Positions 1-10,430 of a stretch of 64,000 nt of DNA are shown one piece after another. Each line of letters begins with the position of its first letter. Position 1 is the first letter of the stretch. The DNA lies in the NCBI GenBank assembly GCA_001782825.1, contig MFPS01000008.1, positions 73,012 to 137,011 on the forward strand, read 5' to 3'. The notes under the pieces are model-generated. The model ran no database searches, was not told the DNA's origin, and saw only the letters and a program-made list of their open reading frames with translations. The position numbers and the translations under genes are program-made. The DNA comes from Candidatus Magasanikbacteria bacterium RIFCSPHIGHO2_01_FULL_33_34 (lineage in GTDB: Bacteria > Patescibacteriota > Patescibacteriia > Magasanikbacterales > UBA922).

Positions 1-133
1 CTCCATCAATTGCAGATTGGTTGAGATTATTGTATGAATATAATATTTTGAATGGATCAAATACAAAAAATGAACCTATAACTAAATATATTGGAATAGA
101 GAATAAAAGCAATTTTAAAATAAATTTTTTCAT
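1..133 (-). CDS. Partial CDS running off the window; N-terminal membrane anchor, likely partner (AlgJ/SGNH-like) of the MBOAT
   Basis: ATG at 133-131 just after the MBOAT stop; reads MKKFILKLLLFSIPIYLVIGSFFVFDPFKIL..., open to the window edge. Confidence 0.6.
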   Translation of the reverse strand, partial: MKKFILKLLLFSIPIYLVIGSFFVFDPFKILYSYNNLNQSAIDG

Positions 134-135
134 AT

Positions 136-1560
136 TTAAAATTTGAAATATATGAAGCTACTTTCAGTCCCTGAATAAAAAAATATTAGTGCCAATAATG
201 CATAATATATACCATAACGAACTATGGCGGGTAGTTTTTCCATTTGGAGAGGATGTTCTTTGTGGCGACCATTCCATTCTATGACAACAAATACAATGAT
301 AAATATTATGCCTATTGTAGAAACAGTTGGTTTTTCAAAAATGCTTGTAGTCCAAAAACCTTGTATATATAGTAGAGCGTCAGTGATGGATTCTGCTCTA
401 AAAAATATCCATGCAAATGATATCATAACAAATGTGGATATTATTTGTAGGAATTTTTTTATAGATATAATAGTGGAGTTATTTGTTATATTATTTTCTT
501 TTTTTATAATTTTATGAAAAATCAATGGGATATAGTATATACCATTGAGTATTCCCCATACTAGGTAAGTGTACCCAGAACCATGCCATAAGCCACTTAA
601 TGCAAAAGTGACTATAATGTTTCTTATATATTTTAGATTTTTGCATCTGTTGCCACCTAGGGGTATAAATATATAATCACGAAACCAGTGAGATAGGGAG
701 ATATGCCATTTATTCCAAAATTCAGCAATGTTTTTGGAGAAGTATGGGTAGTTGAAGTTTTGAATAGAAGGGAAGCCTAAGAGTTTTGATACACCAATTG
801 ATATATTGGAATAACCAGCAAAATCACAATAGATTTGGAAAGTGAAATATAAAATTCCAATAATATGATCACTCCCAATCATATTGGTATGATTGGTAAA
901 TACTATATTAGCTGTTTTGGCTAGGGTATCTGCAATCACAATTTTTTGAAATAATCCCCATAAAATTTGACGCATGCCATCTACTGTCAAATTATAATTG
1001 AATTTTCTTTCTTTATTTATTTGTGTCAGTAAACTGGAGGCTCTTTCAATCGGGCCAGCAATTAATTGTGGAAAAAAACTCACATAAACAAAAAATGATA
1101 ATATATTTGTACTAGCTTTTATTTTTTGTGTGTATACATCAATTATATAGCTTAATGTTTTGAAAGTATAAAAACTAATGCCTAATGGTAGTAATATATA
1201 AAGAGTAGTTATGTGGACATTGAATCCGACAAGACTTAATAAATCACTAAAGCTTTCTATTAAAAAATTGGTATACTTAAATAGTATGAGTGGTGTTAAA
1301 TTTATTATGATAGCTAGAAAAAATAAGCCTTTGCGTAGTAGGGGATTATCAATTTTTTCTAATTTTATACCGACTATGAAATTAATTAGAGAATTAAAGA
1401 TTATAAGTATCAAAAAATACCAATTCCATAAACCATAAAATATATAGCTGGATAATAAGAGAAAAATATTTTGTAAATAATGTCTTTTACCTAAAACAAG
1501 CCAATATATAATAAATACAATTGGAAGAAAGATAGCAAATTCAAGGGAATTGAATAACAT
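136..1560 (-). CDS. MBOAT family O-acyltransferase (AlgI/DltB-like)
   Basis: MLFNS start; LPLGISFYTF, FFPQLIAGPI, FWNKWHISLS and SGLWHG motifs. Confidence 0.93.
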   Translation of the reverse strand: MLFNSLEFAIFLPIVFIIYWLVLGKRHYLQNIFLLLSSYIFYGLWNWYFLILIIFNSLINFIVGIKLEKIDNPLLRKGLFFLAIIINLTPLILFKYTNFLIESFSDLLSLVGFNVHITTLYILLPLGISFYTFKTLSYIIDVYTQKIKASTNILSFFVYVSFFPQLIAGPIERASSLLTQINKERKFNYNLTVDGMRQILWGLFQKIVIADTLAKTANIVFTNHTNMIGSDHIIGILYFTFQIYCDFAGYSNISIGVSKLLGFPSIQNFNYPYFSKNIAEFWNKWHISLSHWFRDYIFIPLGGNRCKNLKYIRNIIVTFALSGLWHGSGYTYLVWGILNGIYYIPLIFHKIIKKENNITNNSTIISIKKFLQIISTFVMISFAWIFFRAESITDALLYIQGFWTTSIFEKPTVSTIGIIFIIVFVVIEWNGRHKEHPLQMEKLPAIVRYGIYYALLALIFFYSGTESSFIYFKF

Positions 1561-1671
1561 TAAATATATGAGTAAAGTTTGATAATTATCAAACTTTTAT
1601 TATATTATGATAATATTCTACAATGGTTTAATAATCAAATTGTATCAAATAAAAGTATCTTTGTTAAGGAT

Positions 1672-1705
1672 AAAAAATCCCAGTTTATTTAAACTGGGAT
1701 TTTTT
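1672..1705. terminator. Intrinsic terminator after DEAD helicase
   Basis: AAAAAATCCCAGTTT-attt-AAACTGGGATTTTTT inverted repeat with A/T tails. Confidence 0.8.
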
Positions 1706-1706
1706 A

Positions 1707-3233
1707 TTATTTACCTCTATATCTTTCACCATTTTGTCTGTATTGAGATGATTGGTTTTTATTTTTTCTATTATTTCTTCTAGTAAAATGTTTTTTAAAG
1801 TTTTGATTATTATCAGAATATTTTTTTTGCTCATCATTTAAGTGATGGTTAGTTTCAGTTTGTCTTTCTGTATAATGTCTTATTTTATTTTGTCCAGCAT
1901 AACGATTTTTCTGTTTTCTTTCATTATATTGATATTTAGAATTTTGATTTGAGTAATTATTTGTTGAATTTCTTTCTGTATTACTGGTATATTCATTATT
2001 TTTGTATGGTTTATTTCTAAAGTTTCTTCCATAGTTTTGTTTATTGTATGGATTTTGTTTTGGTGATCTTTCTCTGTCTGGTTGCATTGATCTTTCTCTT
2101 TCTGGAGGTAAGACAGGTAATGACAATATAGGCAATGATTTGCGGATTAGTCTTTCAATTTTTTTGATGTCCGCTTGTTCTGATGGAGTTACAAATGAAA
2201 TGGCTTTGCCATAGCGTCCGGCACGGCCAGTTCTGCCAATACGATGTACATAATCCTCAGAATTATCTGGAAGATCAAAGTTGATTACTAATTTTATATC
2301 TTTTACATCAATTCCACGAGCAGCAATATCTGTTGCTACCATAATACGAAATTTGCGCTTAGCAAATCCATCAAGAGCAATTTTTCTTTGGGATTGAGAA
2401 CGGTTTGAATGGATTTCTGTGGTTGTGTGGCCCATATTGCGAATATCATTAGCAATACGTTTTGCCCCGTGCTTTGTTCGAGAAAATATCAGGGTTGTAT
2501 CATGTTTGTACTGTTGTAATATTGCATCAAGCAAGCGCATTTTATCATTTTTTCTTACAATAAATATTTCTTGTTCTGTATTTTCAGATGAAGTGCCTTG
2601 TGGTGCTATTTCAATTCTAATTGGTAACTTCATAAATTGTGAAGCTAGAGAAGAAATTGTTTTTGGCATTGTGGCTGAAAATAACATTGTTTGGCGACCT
2701 GGTGGAATTTCACTTAAAATCCTTTTGATTGGTGGTAAAAATCCCATATCCAACATACGATCACCTTCGTCTAATGTAATAACATTTACAAATTTGAGTT
2801 TATATATTCCTTGGTCCATCAAATCAACCAAACGTCCTGGGGTAGCAATCACAATATGAGGGTTGTTTCTGAGAGCTGATACTTGCCTGTGTTGTGAAAC
2901 TCCACCAATAACTACAGCAGTGCGTAATCCTAGGGGCCCAGCAATTTGTTGGAGTGATTCTTCTATTTGCAATGCCAATTCACGGGTTGGAGCCAAAATT
3001 AACCCTTGTCCTTTTTTGTGGGCTATGCGTTGAATCATTGGTATACCAAAAGCCAAGGTTTTACCTGTACCTGTTTGAGCTATACCAATTACATCTTTAC
3101 CTTCTAAAGCACCAGGTATAATTTGGTGTTGGATTGGAGTTGGGATTTCAAATCCTCTTTTTGTAAGTATTTCAAGAATATTTCTTGCTATACCAAGATC
3201 GCTAAAGCGACCTGTATTTTCTTTTTGTTGCAT
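1707..3233 (-). CDS. DEAD-box RNA helicase (RhlE-like) with disordered N/R/Q-rich C-tail
   Basis: Q motif, AQTGTGKT, PTRELA, DEGD (DEAD variant), SAT, HRIGRTGRAG; ATG 3233 preferred to the ORF-track start at 3254. Confidence 0.95.
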   Translation of the reverse strand: MQQKENTGRFSDLGIARNILEILTKRGFEIPTPIQHQIIPGALEGKDVIGIAQTGTGKTLAFGIPMIQRIAHKKGQGLILAPTRELALQIEESLQQIAGPLGLRTAVVIGGVSQHRQVSALRNNPHIVIATPGRLVDLMDQGIYKLKFVNVITLDEGDRMLDMGFLPPIKRILSEIPPGRQTMLFSATMPKTISSLASQFMKLPIRIEIAPQGTSSENTEQEIFIVRKNDKMRLLDAILQQYKHDTTLIFSRTKHGAKRIANDIRNMGHTTTEIHSNRSQSQRKIALDGFAKRKFRIMVATDIAARGIDVKDIKLVINFDLPDNSEDYVHRIGRTGRAGRYGKAISFVTPSEQADIKKIERLIRKSLPILSLPVLPPERERSMQPDRERSPKQNPYNKQNYGRNFRNKPYKNNEYTSNTERNSTNNYSNQNSKYQYNERKQKNRYAGQNKIRHYTERQTETNHHLNDEQKKYSDNNQNFKKHFTRRNNRKNKNQSSQYRQNGERYRGK

Positions 3234-3331
3234 ATAATTATTTGTGTGACTCAATATTCTAGACGGTCACACTATGACACAAAAAGATTCGAGTCGCTCG
3301 GAGTAATCTCACGAGCTTTAATTAATACCTA

Positions 3332-3360
3332 AGTATAGCATAAAAATGTAGCTTTGTCAA
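3332..3360 (-). promoter_or_regulatory. Sigma70 promoter of the DEAD helicase
   Basis: Minus strand TTGACA-17 nt-TATACT with extended TG. Confidence 0.75.
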
Positions 3361-3382
3361 TAGCTGAAGGAAATATAACTTT

Positions 3383-5173
3383 TTAAGCTTTTTTTCTACC
3401 AGCTCTTACTCTATCTGTTTCAGTTAGTGCTTGTTTTCGAAGTCTTACACTTTTTGGAGTAATTTCTAGATATTCATCTTCAGACATGATTTCTAAACCT
3501 CTTTCTAGGGTTAAATCCATTGGTGGAATTAAATGAATAGAATCATCACTACCTGAAGCGCGCATATTTGTGAGTTGTTTTCCTTTGATTGGGTTAACAG
3601 TCATATCCATACCTTTGGCAGTGTTGCCGATTACTTGTCCTTCATAAATATCAACATTTGGTTCTACATACATGACGCCACGATCTTGAAGATTGGCTAG
3701 AGCGTAAGCAAGCACTTTTCCAGTGTGTCCAGATATCATAGAACCGACATTTCTTTTTTCTATTTCTCCGACATAAGGTTCAAATCCAATTACTTCACTA
3801 CACAAAATTCCTTCACCTCTTGTGTCTACTATGAATTCATTGCGATAACCAAGTAATCCTCTGGTAGGTATTTTGTAGATTAATCTCATGTGGTTTTGTT
3901 CAGGATTCATTGCAATCATTTGTCCTTTTCTTTTTGACATTTTTTCAATTACAATTCCAGATGAAGATTCTGGAATATCAATTGTAACCTCTTCAAATGG
4001 TTCGTGTTTTATACCATTAACTTCTTTTATGATAACTTGAGGTTGAGAAACTTGTATCTCAAAATTTTCTCTGCGCATATTTTCAAGCAATACGGCAATA
4101 TGCAATTCGCCTCTACCATATACTTTGAAAAAATCATTAGAAGAAAAATCAATTTTTAATCCTACATTTACTTCTAACTCTTTTTCTAATCTTTTTTTAA
4201 TTTGTTGAGTAGTAACAAATTTTCCTTCACGTCCAGCAAATGGAGAATTATTTACTAAAAAGTTAAGAGAGATTGTTGGTTCATCAATTTTTATAGTTGG
4301 TAATAGTTCTGATTGTTCATCTTTACAAACTGTGTCTCCGATATATATATCAGGTAATCCAGATATCATAACAATATCTCCAGCAAAAGCTTCATTAACT
4401 TCTTTTCTGTTGATACCTTCAAAAGTAAATAGTTTTAGAATAGATCCAGTTAAAGTTCGTCCATCAGACTTTTTAATAAAAACTTTCTCACCAGCTTTTA
4501 TACTACCCTGGTATATTCTGCCAATTCCCATACGACCAAGATAATTATCATAAGCTAGATTAAAAGGTTGAAATAGTAATGGTAGAGTGGTATCTGCTTT
4601 GGCAGCAGGAATTTTTGCTATGATTGTATCTAAAAGTGGGGCAAGATTGGTAGAGGTATCGGTAAGGTTCATTTTTGCGATTCCTTCTTTTGCAATAGTG
4701 TATACAGTTGTGAAGTCTAATTGTTCGTCAGTAGCACCCAAATCCATGAATAATTCAAGGACCTTTTCATGAGCCCAATCAGGTCTGGCAGCTGGCTTGT
4801 CAATTTTATTCAAAACTACAATAGGCTTGAGACCTAGTTCAAGAGATTTTTTTAAAACGAATTTTGTCTGAGGCATTGGGCCTTCTTGGGCATCTACAAT
4901 CAATAAAACAGAATCAATAGAACTAAGTACACGTTCAACTTCTGAACCAAAATCAGCGTGGCCTGGTGTATCCACGATATTAATTTTTGTATCTTTGTAA
5001 AATACAGAAGTATTTTTGGAATAAATCGTAATGCCACGTTCACGTTCAAGATCGTTAGAGTCCATTGTAATAGTTTGGTCAGTCAACATGCCTGTTTCTT
5101 GCATCAGTGCATCTGTTAAGCGAGTTTTACCATGATCTACATGGGCAATAATTGCTAGGTTTCTAATTTGCAT
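3383..5173 (-). CDS. typA: Translational GTPase TypA/BipA
   Basis: [31 protein letters not shown] and [11 protein letters not shown] motifs. Confidence 0.97.
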   Translation of the reverse strand: MQIRNLAIIAHVDHGKTRLTDALMQETGMLTDQTITMDSNDLERERGITIYSKNTSVFYKDTKINIVDTPGHADFGSEVERVLSSIDSVLLIVDAQEGPMPQTKFVLKKSLELGLKPIVVLNKIDKPAARPDWAHEKVLELFMDLGATDEQLDFTTVYTIAKEGIAKMNLTDTSTNLAPLLDTIIAKIPAAKADTTLPLLFQPFNLAYDNYLGRMGIGRIYQGSIKAGEKVFIKKSDGRTLTGSILKLFTFEGINRKEVNEAFAGDIVMISGLPDIYIGDTVCKDEQSELLPTIKIDEPTISLNFLVNNSPFAGREGKFVTTQQIKKRLEKELEVNVGLKIDFSSNDFFKVYGRGELHIAVLLENMRRENFEIQVSQPQVIIKEVNGIKHEPFEEVTIDIPESSSGIVIEKMSKRKGQMIAMNPEQNHMRLIYKIPTRGLLGYRNEFIVDTRGEGILCSEVIGFEPYVGEIEKRNVGSMISGHTGKVLAYALANLQDRGVMYVEPNVDIYEGQVIGNTAKGMDMTVNPIKGKQLTNMRASGSDDSIHLIPPMDLTLERGLEIMSEDEYLEITPKSVRLRKQALTETDRVRAGRKKA

Positions 5174-5303
5174 AATATATTAAAAATACTCTAAAACGAG
5201 TAAGACATGATTATACTATGAAAATGAAGTTTTGTCAATAGAGTGGTTAGGCAAAAAATGCCTTTGTATGGCCTTTAATAATCGGTATAAATGTTGTAGT
5301 AGT

Positions 5304-6440
5304 CTAATATACAGCTTTGGCAATTTTTGTAACTACACTTTTATCTAGGGGGTTAGGTAATATTTTGTTTGTACTTGGATTTTTAACACAATTGGCCAAA
5401 ACTTTAGCTACACGAATCAATATAGTGTCGGTAAAATTGGTAATATTATTATCAAGCGCACCACGAAATAGTCCAGGGAAGGCGAGAACATTGTTGGTTT
5501 GATTTGGATAATCACTTCTGCCGGTGGCAATGATATATGCGCCAGCTTTTTTGGCAAGTTCCGGCATAATTTCAGGGATAGGGTTTGCCATAGCAAAAAT
5601 TACTGGCTTTGTATTCATATTTTTTATCATAGCTGGTTTTAGTAAGCCTGCTTTACTTACTCCAAAAAAGACATCAGCGCCAACAATAATATCTGATAGT
5701 AATCCAGTTTGTTTTTGTTTGTTAGTTATGTCTGCTAGTTCTTGTTTTTCTTGGTTTAAATCATTTCTACCTTTATATATTGCGCCTTTACTATCACATA
5801 CAATAATATTTTTTATACCGTATTGAATAAATAATTTTGTGGTCGCCACGCCAGCAGCGCCAGCTCCATTAATGACAATTTTTATATTTTCTTTGCTTAT
5901 ATTGATTAATTTCATTGCATTTATGAGAGCTGCGAGTGTTACGACGGCTGTGCCGTGTTGATCATCGTGTAATATTGGAATATCTAATTCAGATTTTAGT
6001 CTAGTTTCAATTTCAAAGCATCTTGGAGCAGATATATCTTCTAGATTTATTCCTCCAAAAACTGGAGCAATATATTTGATTGTTTTGATAATCTCTTCAG
6101 TATCTTGAGTGTCTAGACAAATTGGAAAAGCATCAACTCCAGCAAATTCTTTAAATAATATACATTTTCCTTCCATAACTGGTATAGCAGCTTTTGCTCC
6201 TAGATTGCCCAGTCCTAAAATTGCACTGCCGTCACTTATAACCGCAATGGTATTATTTTTGAGAGTCATTTTTTTTGCTTCTGTTGGATTTTTGAATATA
6301 ATACGACTGATTTCTGCAACCCCAGGAGTGTAGGCTCGTGATAAATCTATAGTAGTTTTGATTTTTATTTTGCTGTTTGTTTCTAATTTTCCTTTATATT
6401 TTTTATGGAGTTTTATTGATTCTTGGTAGATGTCAGACAT
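5304..6440 (-). CDS. NAD(P)-dependent malic enzyme
   Basis: AYTPGVA, PVMEGK, INLEDI, HDDQHGTA, GAGAAG and TGRSDYPNQ motifs. Confidence 0.95.
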   Translation of the reverse strand: MSDIYQESIKLHKKYKGKLETNSKIKIKTTIDLSRAYTPGVAEISRIIFKNPTEAKKMTLKNNTIAVISDGSAILGLGNLGAKAAIPVMEGKCILFKEFAGVDAFPICLDTQDTEEIIKTIKYIAPVFGGINLEDISAPRCFEIETRLKSELDIPILHDDQHGTAVVTLAALINAMKLINISKENIKIVINGAGAAGVATTKLFIQYGIKNIIVCDSKGAIYKGRNDLNQEKQELADITNKQKQTGLLSDIIVGADVFFGVSKAGLLKPAMIKNMNTKPVIFAMANPIPEIMPELAKKAGAYIIATGRSDYPNQTNNVLAFPGLFRGALDNNITNFTDTILIRVAKVLANCVKNPSTNKILPNPLDKSVVTKIAKAVY

Positions 6441-6626
6441 AATTATTTTATATTAATTATTTCATTATTTTGTTATAATATAATGACATAATAATGGAAA
6501 AAATACAAAATAGGTTTTTTATAAATTATTGTAGATAATTTTGAATAGGTGGTTGGCTATTGATTTTTATTGTGGATTGTGCTAGCATTGTATTAATTAC
6601 AATTTAAGTAATTATATAATATAAAT

Positions 6627-7313
6627 ATGGGTAATTTTGATAGGGGTAACAGAAGGTCTGGTGGTGGTTCTGGTCGTAGTTTTGGTGGCAAGAGATCATT
6701 TGGTGGACAAAGACCAAGTGGACGTGATGATAGAGGTGGGCGTGATGGTGGTAGGCCAATGATGCACAGAGCTATATGTAGTGAGTGTGGAGATAGTTGT
6801 GAAGTGCCATTTAAACCAACCGGTAGTAAGCCAGTTTTTTGTAGTAATTGTTTTAGCAATCAAGAAGGTGGTCGTGATAGTCGTGGCGGTCGTGATGATC
6901 GTGGTGGACGATCTAGTAGTTTTGGTGGTGGACGGGATAAACACAGAGATCGTGATATAAATAGAGAAATGTTTGATGTTGTTTGTTCTAAGTGTGGTAA
7001 GGATTGTCAGGTACCATTTAGACCAACATCAGATAAGCCACTTTTTTGTAATGATTGTTTTGGAAAAGATAAAGGTAGTGTTGGTCGTGGCTCAAGTGAA
7101 GTCGTAGACCAAATAAAATTGTTAAACAAAAAAATCGATCAGCTTGTAGAAATGTTAAGTGCAAATGGTTCAAATAAAAAGAAAGAAAAATCTGAAGTTA
7201 AAACAGATGTAGAAGTAAAAGAACCAGTCAAAACAGTGGAAAAGAAAGAAGAAAAAAAACCAAAGAAAGAAAAAAAGCCAGCTGAGAAGAAAACAAAAAA
7301 AGTAAAAAAATAA
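6627..7313 (+). CDS. CxxC-x17-CxxC zinc-binding domain protein (two copies) with RGG-rich linkers
   Basis: CSECG..EVPFKP..VFCSNCF and CSKCG..QVPFRP..LFCNDCF. Confidence 0.88.
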   Translation: MGNFDRGNRRSGGGSGRSFGGKRSFGGQRPSGRDDRGGRDGGRPMMHRAICSECGDSCEVPFKPTGSKPVFCSNCFSNQEGGRDSRGGRDDRGGRSSSFGGGRDKHRDRDINREMFDVVCSKCGKDCQVPFRPTSDKPLFCNDCFGKDKGSVGRGSSEVVDQIKLLNKKIDQLVEMLSANGSNKKKEKSEVKTDVEVKEPVKTVEKKEEKKPKKEKKPAEKKTKKVKK

Positions 7314-7320
7314 AATTTAT

Positions 7321-7348
7321 AAAAAAACAGGCAAATGCCTGTTTTTTT
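7321..7348. terminator. Bidirectional terminator between convergent genes
   Basis: AAAAAAACAGGCA-aa-TGCCTGTTTTTTT. Confidence 0.8.
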
Positions 7349-7354
7349 AATTTG

Positions 7355-8806
7355 TTATAATTTGCCTAAGTCAAGTTCTTGGTTGAATTTAATTTCTTTG
7401 ACGAATTCTGGCATATGGCTGATAACAATCAGTGCGCCTTCATAGTCATTAATTGCTTTAGCAATAATTGGGATGTGACGGAAATTTATGTGATTGGTCG
7501 GTTCATCCATTACTAAGAGTCCCGGTCTCATTAAGACTAATCGCGCAAATGACAGCAATCCTTTTTGTCCCTCTGACAAGTTTGATACTTTTACACCCAT
7601 TAAATCTCCTTTTATTAAAAATCCAGCAGCTACAGCTCTCATTTCTTGCATATCTATACCATTGGCTAATATACTTGATAGAGATTCAATCACTGTTTGA
7701 TCATAATCAAGAGTTGTAAAATCTTGACTATAATAACCAACAACAGTATCTTTCAAAATTACCGCACCTTCACTTGTATTGTTTGTAAGAGAACGTAGTA
7801 GTGTACTTTTACCTATACCATTTGGACCAGAAATCAGTAATCTGTCTTTTTGGCGCAAAATTATATTTACATCTTTGGCAACTGGTTCATGATTTTTAAT
7901 TACTTTGACTGATTTTATAGTAACTATATCTCCAACTATACCTTGAGTTGGTATAGAAAATTCTCTAATTGTTTTGTCTTCACGCCTTACATCAACTTTA
8001 TTCTCTTCAAGTTCACTTATTTCTTCTCGTAGTTTACTAGCTAATCTTCTCATTTTACCACCTTTGTTTGAAAAAAAGTTAACTTTATCTTTATTATCTT
8101 GAATCTCTTTTTCCAATTGTGCATTTTTCTTTATTTCTCTATCAATTCTTTTTTGTATTTCTTCTACTACTGAATAGTAGTCACCAACATAAGTTTCTAT
8201 TTTTTTTGTAAAAACATCTAGGTATACAACTCCTTCTGTAAAACAATTTAAAAAGTCTGCATCATGGGAAATGACTATTACAGTTTTGTTGTACATAACT
8301 AAAAATGTAATGAGGTGATCAATACCTTCTTTATCTAAATTGTTGGTTGGTTCGTCCAAAAGTAAAATATCAGGGTTTTGTATGAGAGCATAAGCCAATA
8401 AAATTCTAGCTTGTTGACCACCAGACAAGTCGCCAATTTTTCTATCAGTAGGAATAGTTAAGTTAACAGCATCCATTACTTTGCTAATTTGACTTTTGAT
8501 ATTGCCAGGTACTGCAACAAAAGCTTTACCAAAGTATTCTTCTACAGTTAAATCAAAATCTTTTTTGTCAATCATTTGAGCAGCGGTACCAATGGTTGCA
8601 TTATCTGTAATATGGACTTTGCCTTTGGTCGGGTTTAATTCACCTTTTATTAATTTGAAAATTGTACTTTTACCAGCGCCATTTTGTCCCATCAAAGTTA
8701 TTTTGGCGTCTTTGCGTACACTAAAAGAGACCTCGTCTAATACGGGTTTTCTATCTTCATATTCAAATGTGACATCATCAAATCGTAAAATTACATTTTC
8801 TGCCAT
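7355..8806 (-). CDS. ABC-F family ATPase
   Basis: Two ABC domains (GQNGAGKS/LSGGQ/DEPTNNLD and GPNGIGKS/LSEGQ/DEPTNH), coiled linker, no TM segments. Confidence 0.92.
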   Translation of the reverse strand: MAENVILRFDDVTFEYEDRKPVLDEVSFSVRKDAKITLMGQNGAGKSTIFKLIKGELNPTKGKVHITDNATIGTAAQMIDKKDFDLTVEEYFGKAFVAVPGNIKSQISKVMDAVNLTIPTDRKIGDLSGGQQARILLAYALIQNPDILLLDEPTNNLDKEGIDHLITFLVMYNKTVIVISHDADFLNCFTEGVVYLDVFTKKIETYVGDYYSVVEEIQKRIDREIKKNAQLEKEIQDNKDKVNFFSNKGGKMRRLASKLREEISELEENKVDVRREDKTIREFSIPTQGIVGDIVTIKSVKVIKNHEPVAKDVNIILRQKDRLLISGPNGIGKSTLLRSLTNNTSEGAVILKDTVVGYYSQDFTTLDYDQTVIESLSSILANGIDMQEMRAVAAGFLIKGDLMGVKVSNLSEGQKGLLSFARLVLMRPGLLVMDEPTNHINFRHIPIIAKAINDYEGALIVISHMPEFVKEIKFNQELDLGKL

Positions 8807-8984
8807 ATTTATATATAGTTTTTTCGTTTAATAAAAATTTATTTAGTAGATAATATCATCTCATATTTTTATGATTTTGTCAATGTTATGTGAATAAAAT
8901 TGATGTAGGATACTTGAAATTTTTATTGTTTTGAGGTATATTTCTTAGGTTACTAAAATACAAAAAGGAAGGAAGGTCTTTTAT

Positions 8985-9131
8985 ATGGACACCATTGTAC
9001 TGATTGTACTGATCTTGTTTTTGGTTAGTTCTTTGGTATATTTGGTTTTTTCAATTGAAAATGACGTTAAAAAAATAGAATTGGAGGTTGGAAAAAAACA
9101 TCGTAAATTGAGTAGTGTCGAGAATGACTAA
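8985..9131 (+). CDS. 48-aa single-TM micropeptide (not in ORF track)
   Basis: MDTIVLIVLILFLVSSLVYLVFSIENDVKKIELEVGKKHRKLSSVEND; AAGGAAGGAAGG SD; upstream TTGAAA-17-TATATT. Confidence 0.6.
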   Translation: MDTIVLIVLILFLVSSLVYLVFSIENDVKKIELEVGKKHRKLSSVEND

Positions 9132-9160
9132 AGCTTTATCCTTTTAATGTAAGTAATGTG

Positions 9161-9197
9161 AAGGTCACCAATTGATATTGGTGGCCTGCTGTATTTT
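9161..9197 (+). repeat. Hairpin repeat copy 1 (terminator-like)
   Basis: AAGGTCACCAAT-tgat-ATTGGTGGCCTGCTGTATTT, similar to 10261..10295. Confidence 0.6.
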
Positions 9198-9291
9198 AGA
9201 AGCCTTTTTGTATACTTGCCATTTTTTAAATTTAGTGTTATGTTTTAGTAGTTTTACTTGAGGTATTTTTACATATTGAGGAGGGTGATGT

Positions 9292-9408
9292 ATGCCACAA
9301 GCATTTTGGGCTATTTTATTGGGTGTGTTTATTATCGTTTATTGGGGTATTTTGATATATATATGTGAACGTGATAAAGGAGATACTCAAATTAAGTTTG
9401 ATTATTGA
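9292..9408 (+). CDS. 38-aa single-TM micropeptide (not in ORF track)
   Basis: MPQAFWAILLGVFIIVYWGILIYICERDKGDTQIKFDY; GAGGAGGG SD; resembles 9922..10017. Confidence 0.6.
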   Translation: MPQAFWAILLGVFIIVYWGILIYICERDKGDTQIKFDY

Positions 9409-9446
9409 GAAATTGTGTTCTTTGACAATGACGAAAGGCGTGGAAA

Positions 9447-9899
9447 ATGAGTGATCTTGAAAGTTTGCAAAGTAGGTTGGCTGTTTTGGAAGCTTGGTTG
9501 CCTGATTTGAGTCCTGAACAGTTGATAGAGCTTGAATCAGTGAGAGAATCAATTCAAAAACTTCTTAAACTTACTTTAAATATAACTCCAGAAATAGCAG
9601 AAGCTATTAGAAAGTTCGAGAATCCAACTCCTGAAGAAATGGAAGAAAATAGGCGAGATGAAGCAAAATTTAGAAGAATATATCTACAAAATCTTGGAGT
9701 ATCAAGAGACTTTGATGATAGTGTATCTACAAAACAACCATTTGAATGTCCAGTTTGTGGTCATACAGAGTACAAAGCAATTTTACGAGGTAATGGTATT
9801 CTTGGTCCTGGTGGTATGATTATCATCACAGGGTATGAGTGTCTTGGTTGTTCAGTAAAATTTGATGATATAAGCAAGTTTTCCAAGAAAAAGAAATAG
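9447..9899 (+). CDS. Hypothetical protein with N-terminal coiled coil and C-terminal Zn ribbon
   Basis: CPVCG...GILGPGG...YECLGCSVKF. Confidence 0.75.
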   Translation: MSDLESLQSRLAVLEAWLPDLSPEQLIELESVRESIQKLLKLTLNITPEIAEAIRKFENPTPEEMEENRRDEAKFRRIYLQNLGVSRDFDDSVSTKQPFECPVCGHTEYKAILRGNGILGPGGMIIITGYECLGCSVKFDDISKFSKKKK

Positions 9900-9921
9900 T
9901 TCTTCAAGGAGGAGGGATTGT

Positions 9922-10017
9922 ATGTTGAAAACTGTTTGTTGCGTTATTGCCATGGTGGTAATAGGAGTTTTTTGGGGTATTGGTGTTTACAAGCGTGAAC
10001 GTAATAAAACAAGGTAA
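9922..10017 (+). CDS. 31-aa single-TM micropeptide (not in ORF track)
   Basis: MLKTVCCVIAMVVIGVFWGIGVYKRERNKTR; AAGGAGGAGGG SD. Confidence 0.6.
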   Translation: MLKTVCCVIAMVVIGVFWGIGVYKRERNKTR

Positions 10018-10028
10018 TTCAAACTAAT

Positions 10029-10175
10029 ATGGACATCACAAAGGTTTTGTTAGTAATATTTGCTATTGTGATGTTTGTTGGAGTAATTCTACACTTGATT
10101 AATTTCTGTAATCGTGAAAAATATATCAAAAAAATCCGTGATGATATGAAGAAGGCTGGTGAAAAGAAAGAATAA
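10029..10175 (+). CDS. 48-aa single-TM micropeptide (not in ORF track)
   Basis: MDITKVLLVIFAIVMFVGVILHLINFCNREKYIKKIRDDMKKAGEKKE. Confidence 0.55.
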   Translation: MDITKVLLVIFAIVMFVGVILHLINFCNREKYIKKIRDDMKKAGEKKE

Positions 10176-10260
10176 ATTTGATTGATTTGTTTTGCCTGTT
10201 CAGTTTTTGTAAAGTTCAACAAAATTATTGCCCAAGATGAGGGTTGTCAAGTGAAACAAC

Positions 10261-10295
10261 AAGGCCATCAGCTAATGCTGGTGGCTTCTGTATTT
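10261..10295 (+). repeat. Hairpin repeat copy 2 (terminator-like)
   Basis: AAGGCCATCAGC-taat-GCTGGTGGCTTCTGTATTT; stem changes versus copy 1 keep pairing. Confidence 0.6.
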
Positions 10296-10430
10296 GTGGT
10301 GTATTGCTAAGGACATATATGACAAAAACACCAAGAGTATAAAGATTATATTTAGGTTCTATAAATTGAAATGGTTGAATATCAAAAAATAATTTTTATT
10401 GTAAAACTATTGTAGCTATAGTTATTTTTG

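Noticed and set aside
10225-10295. Hammerhead-like GATGAG...GAAAC
   Set aside because: Lacks the CUGANGA core and a stem II between the core strands
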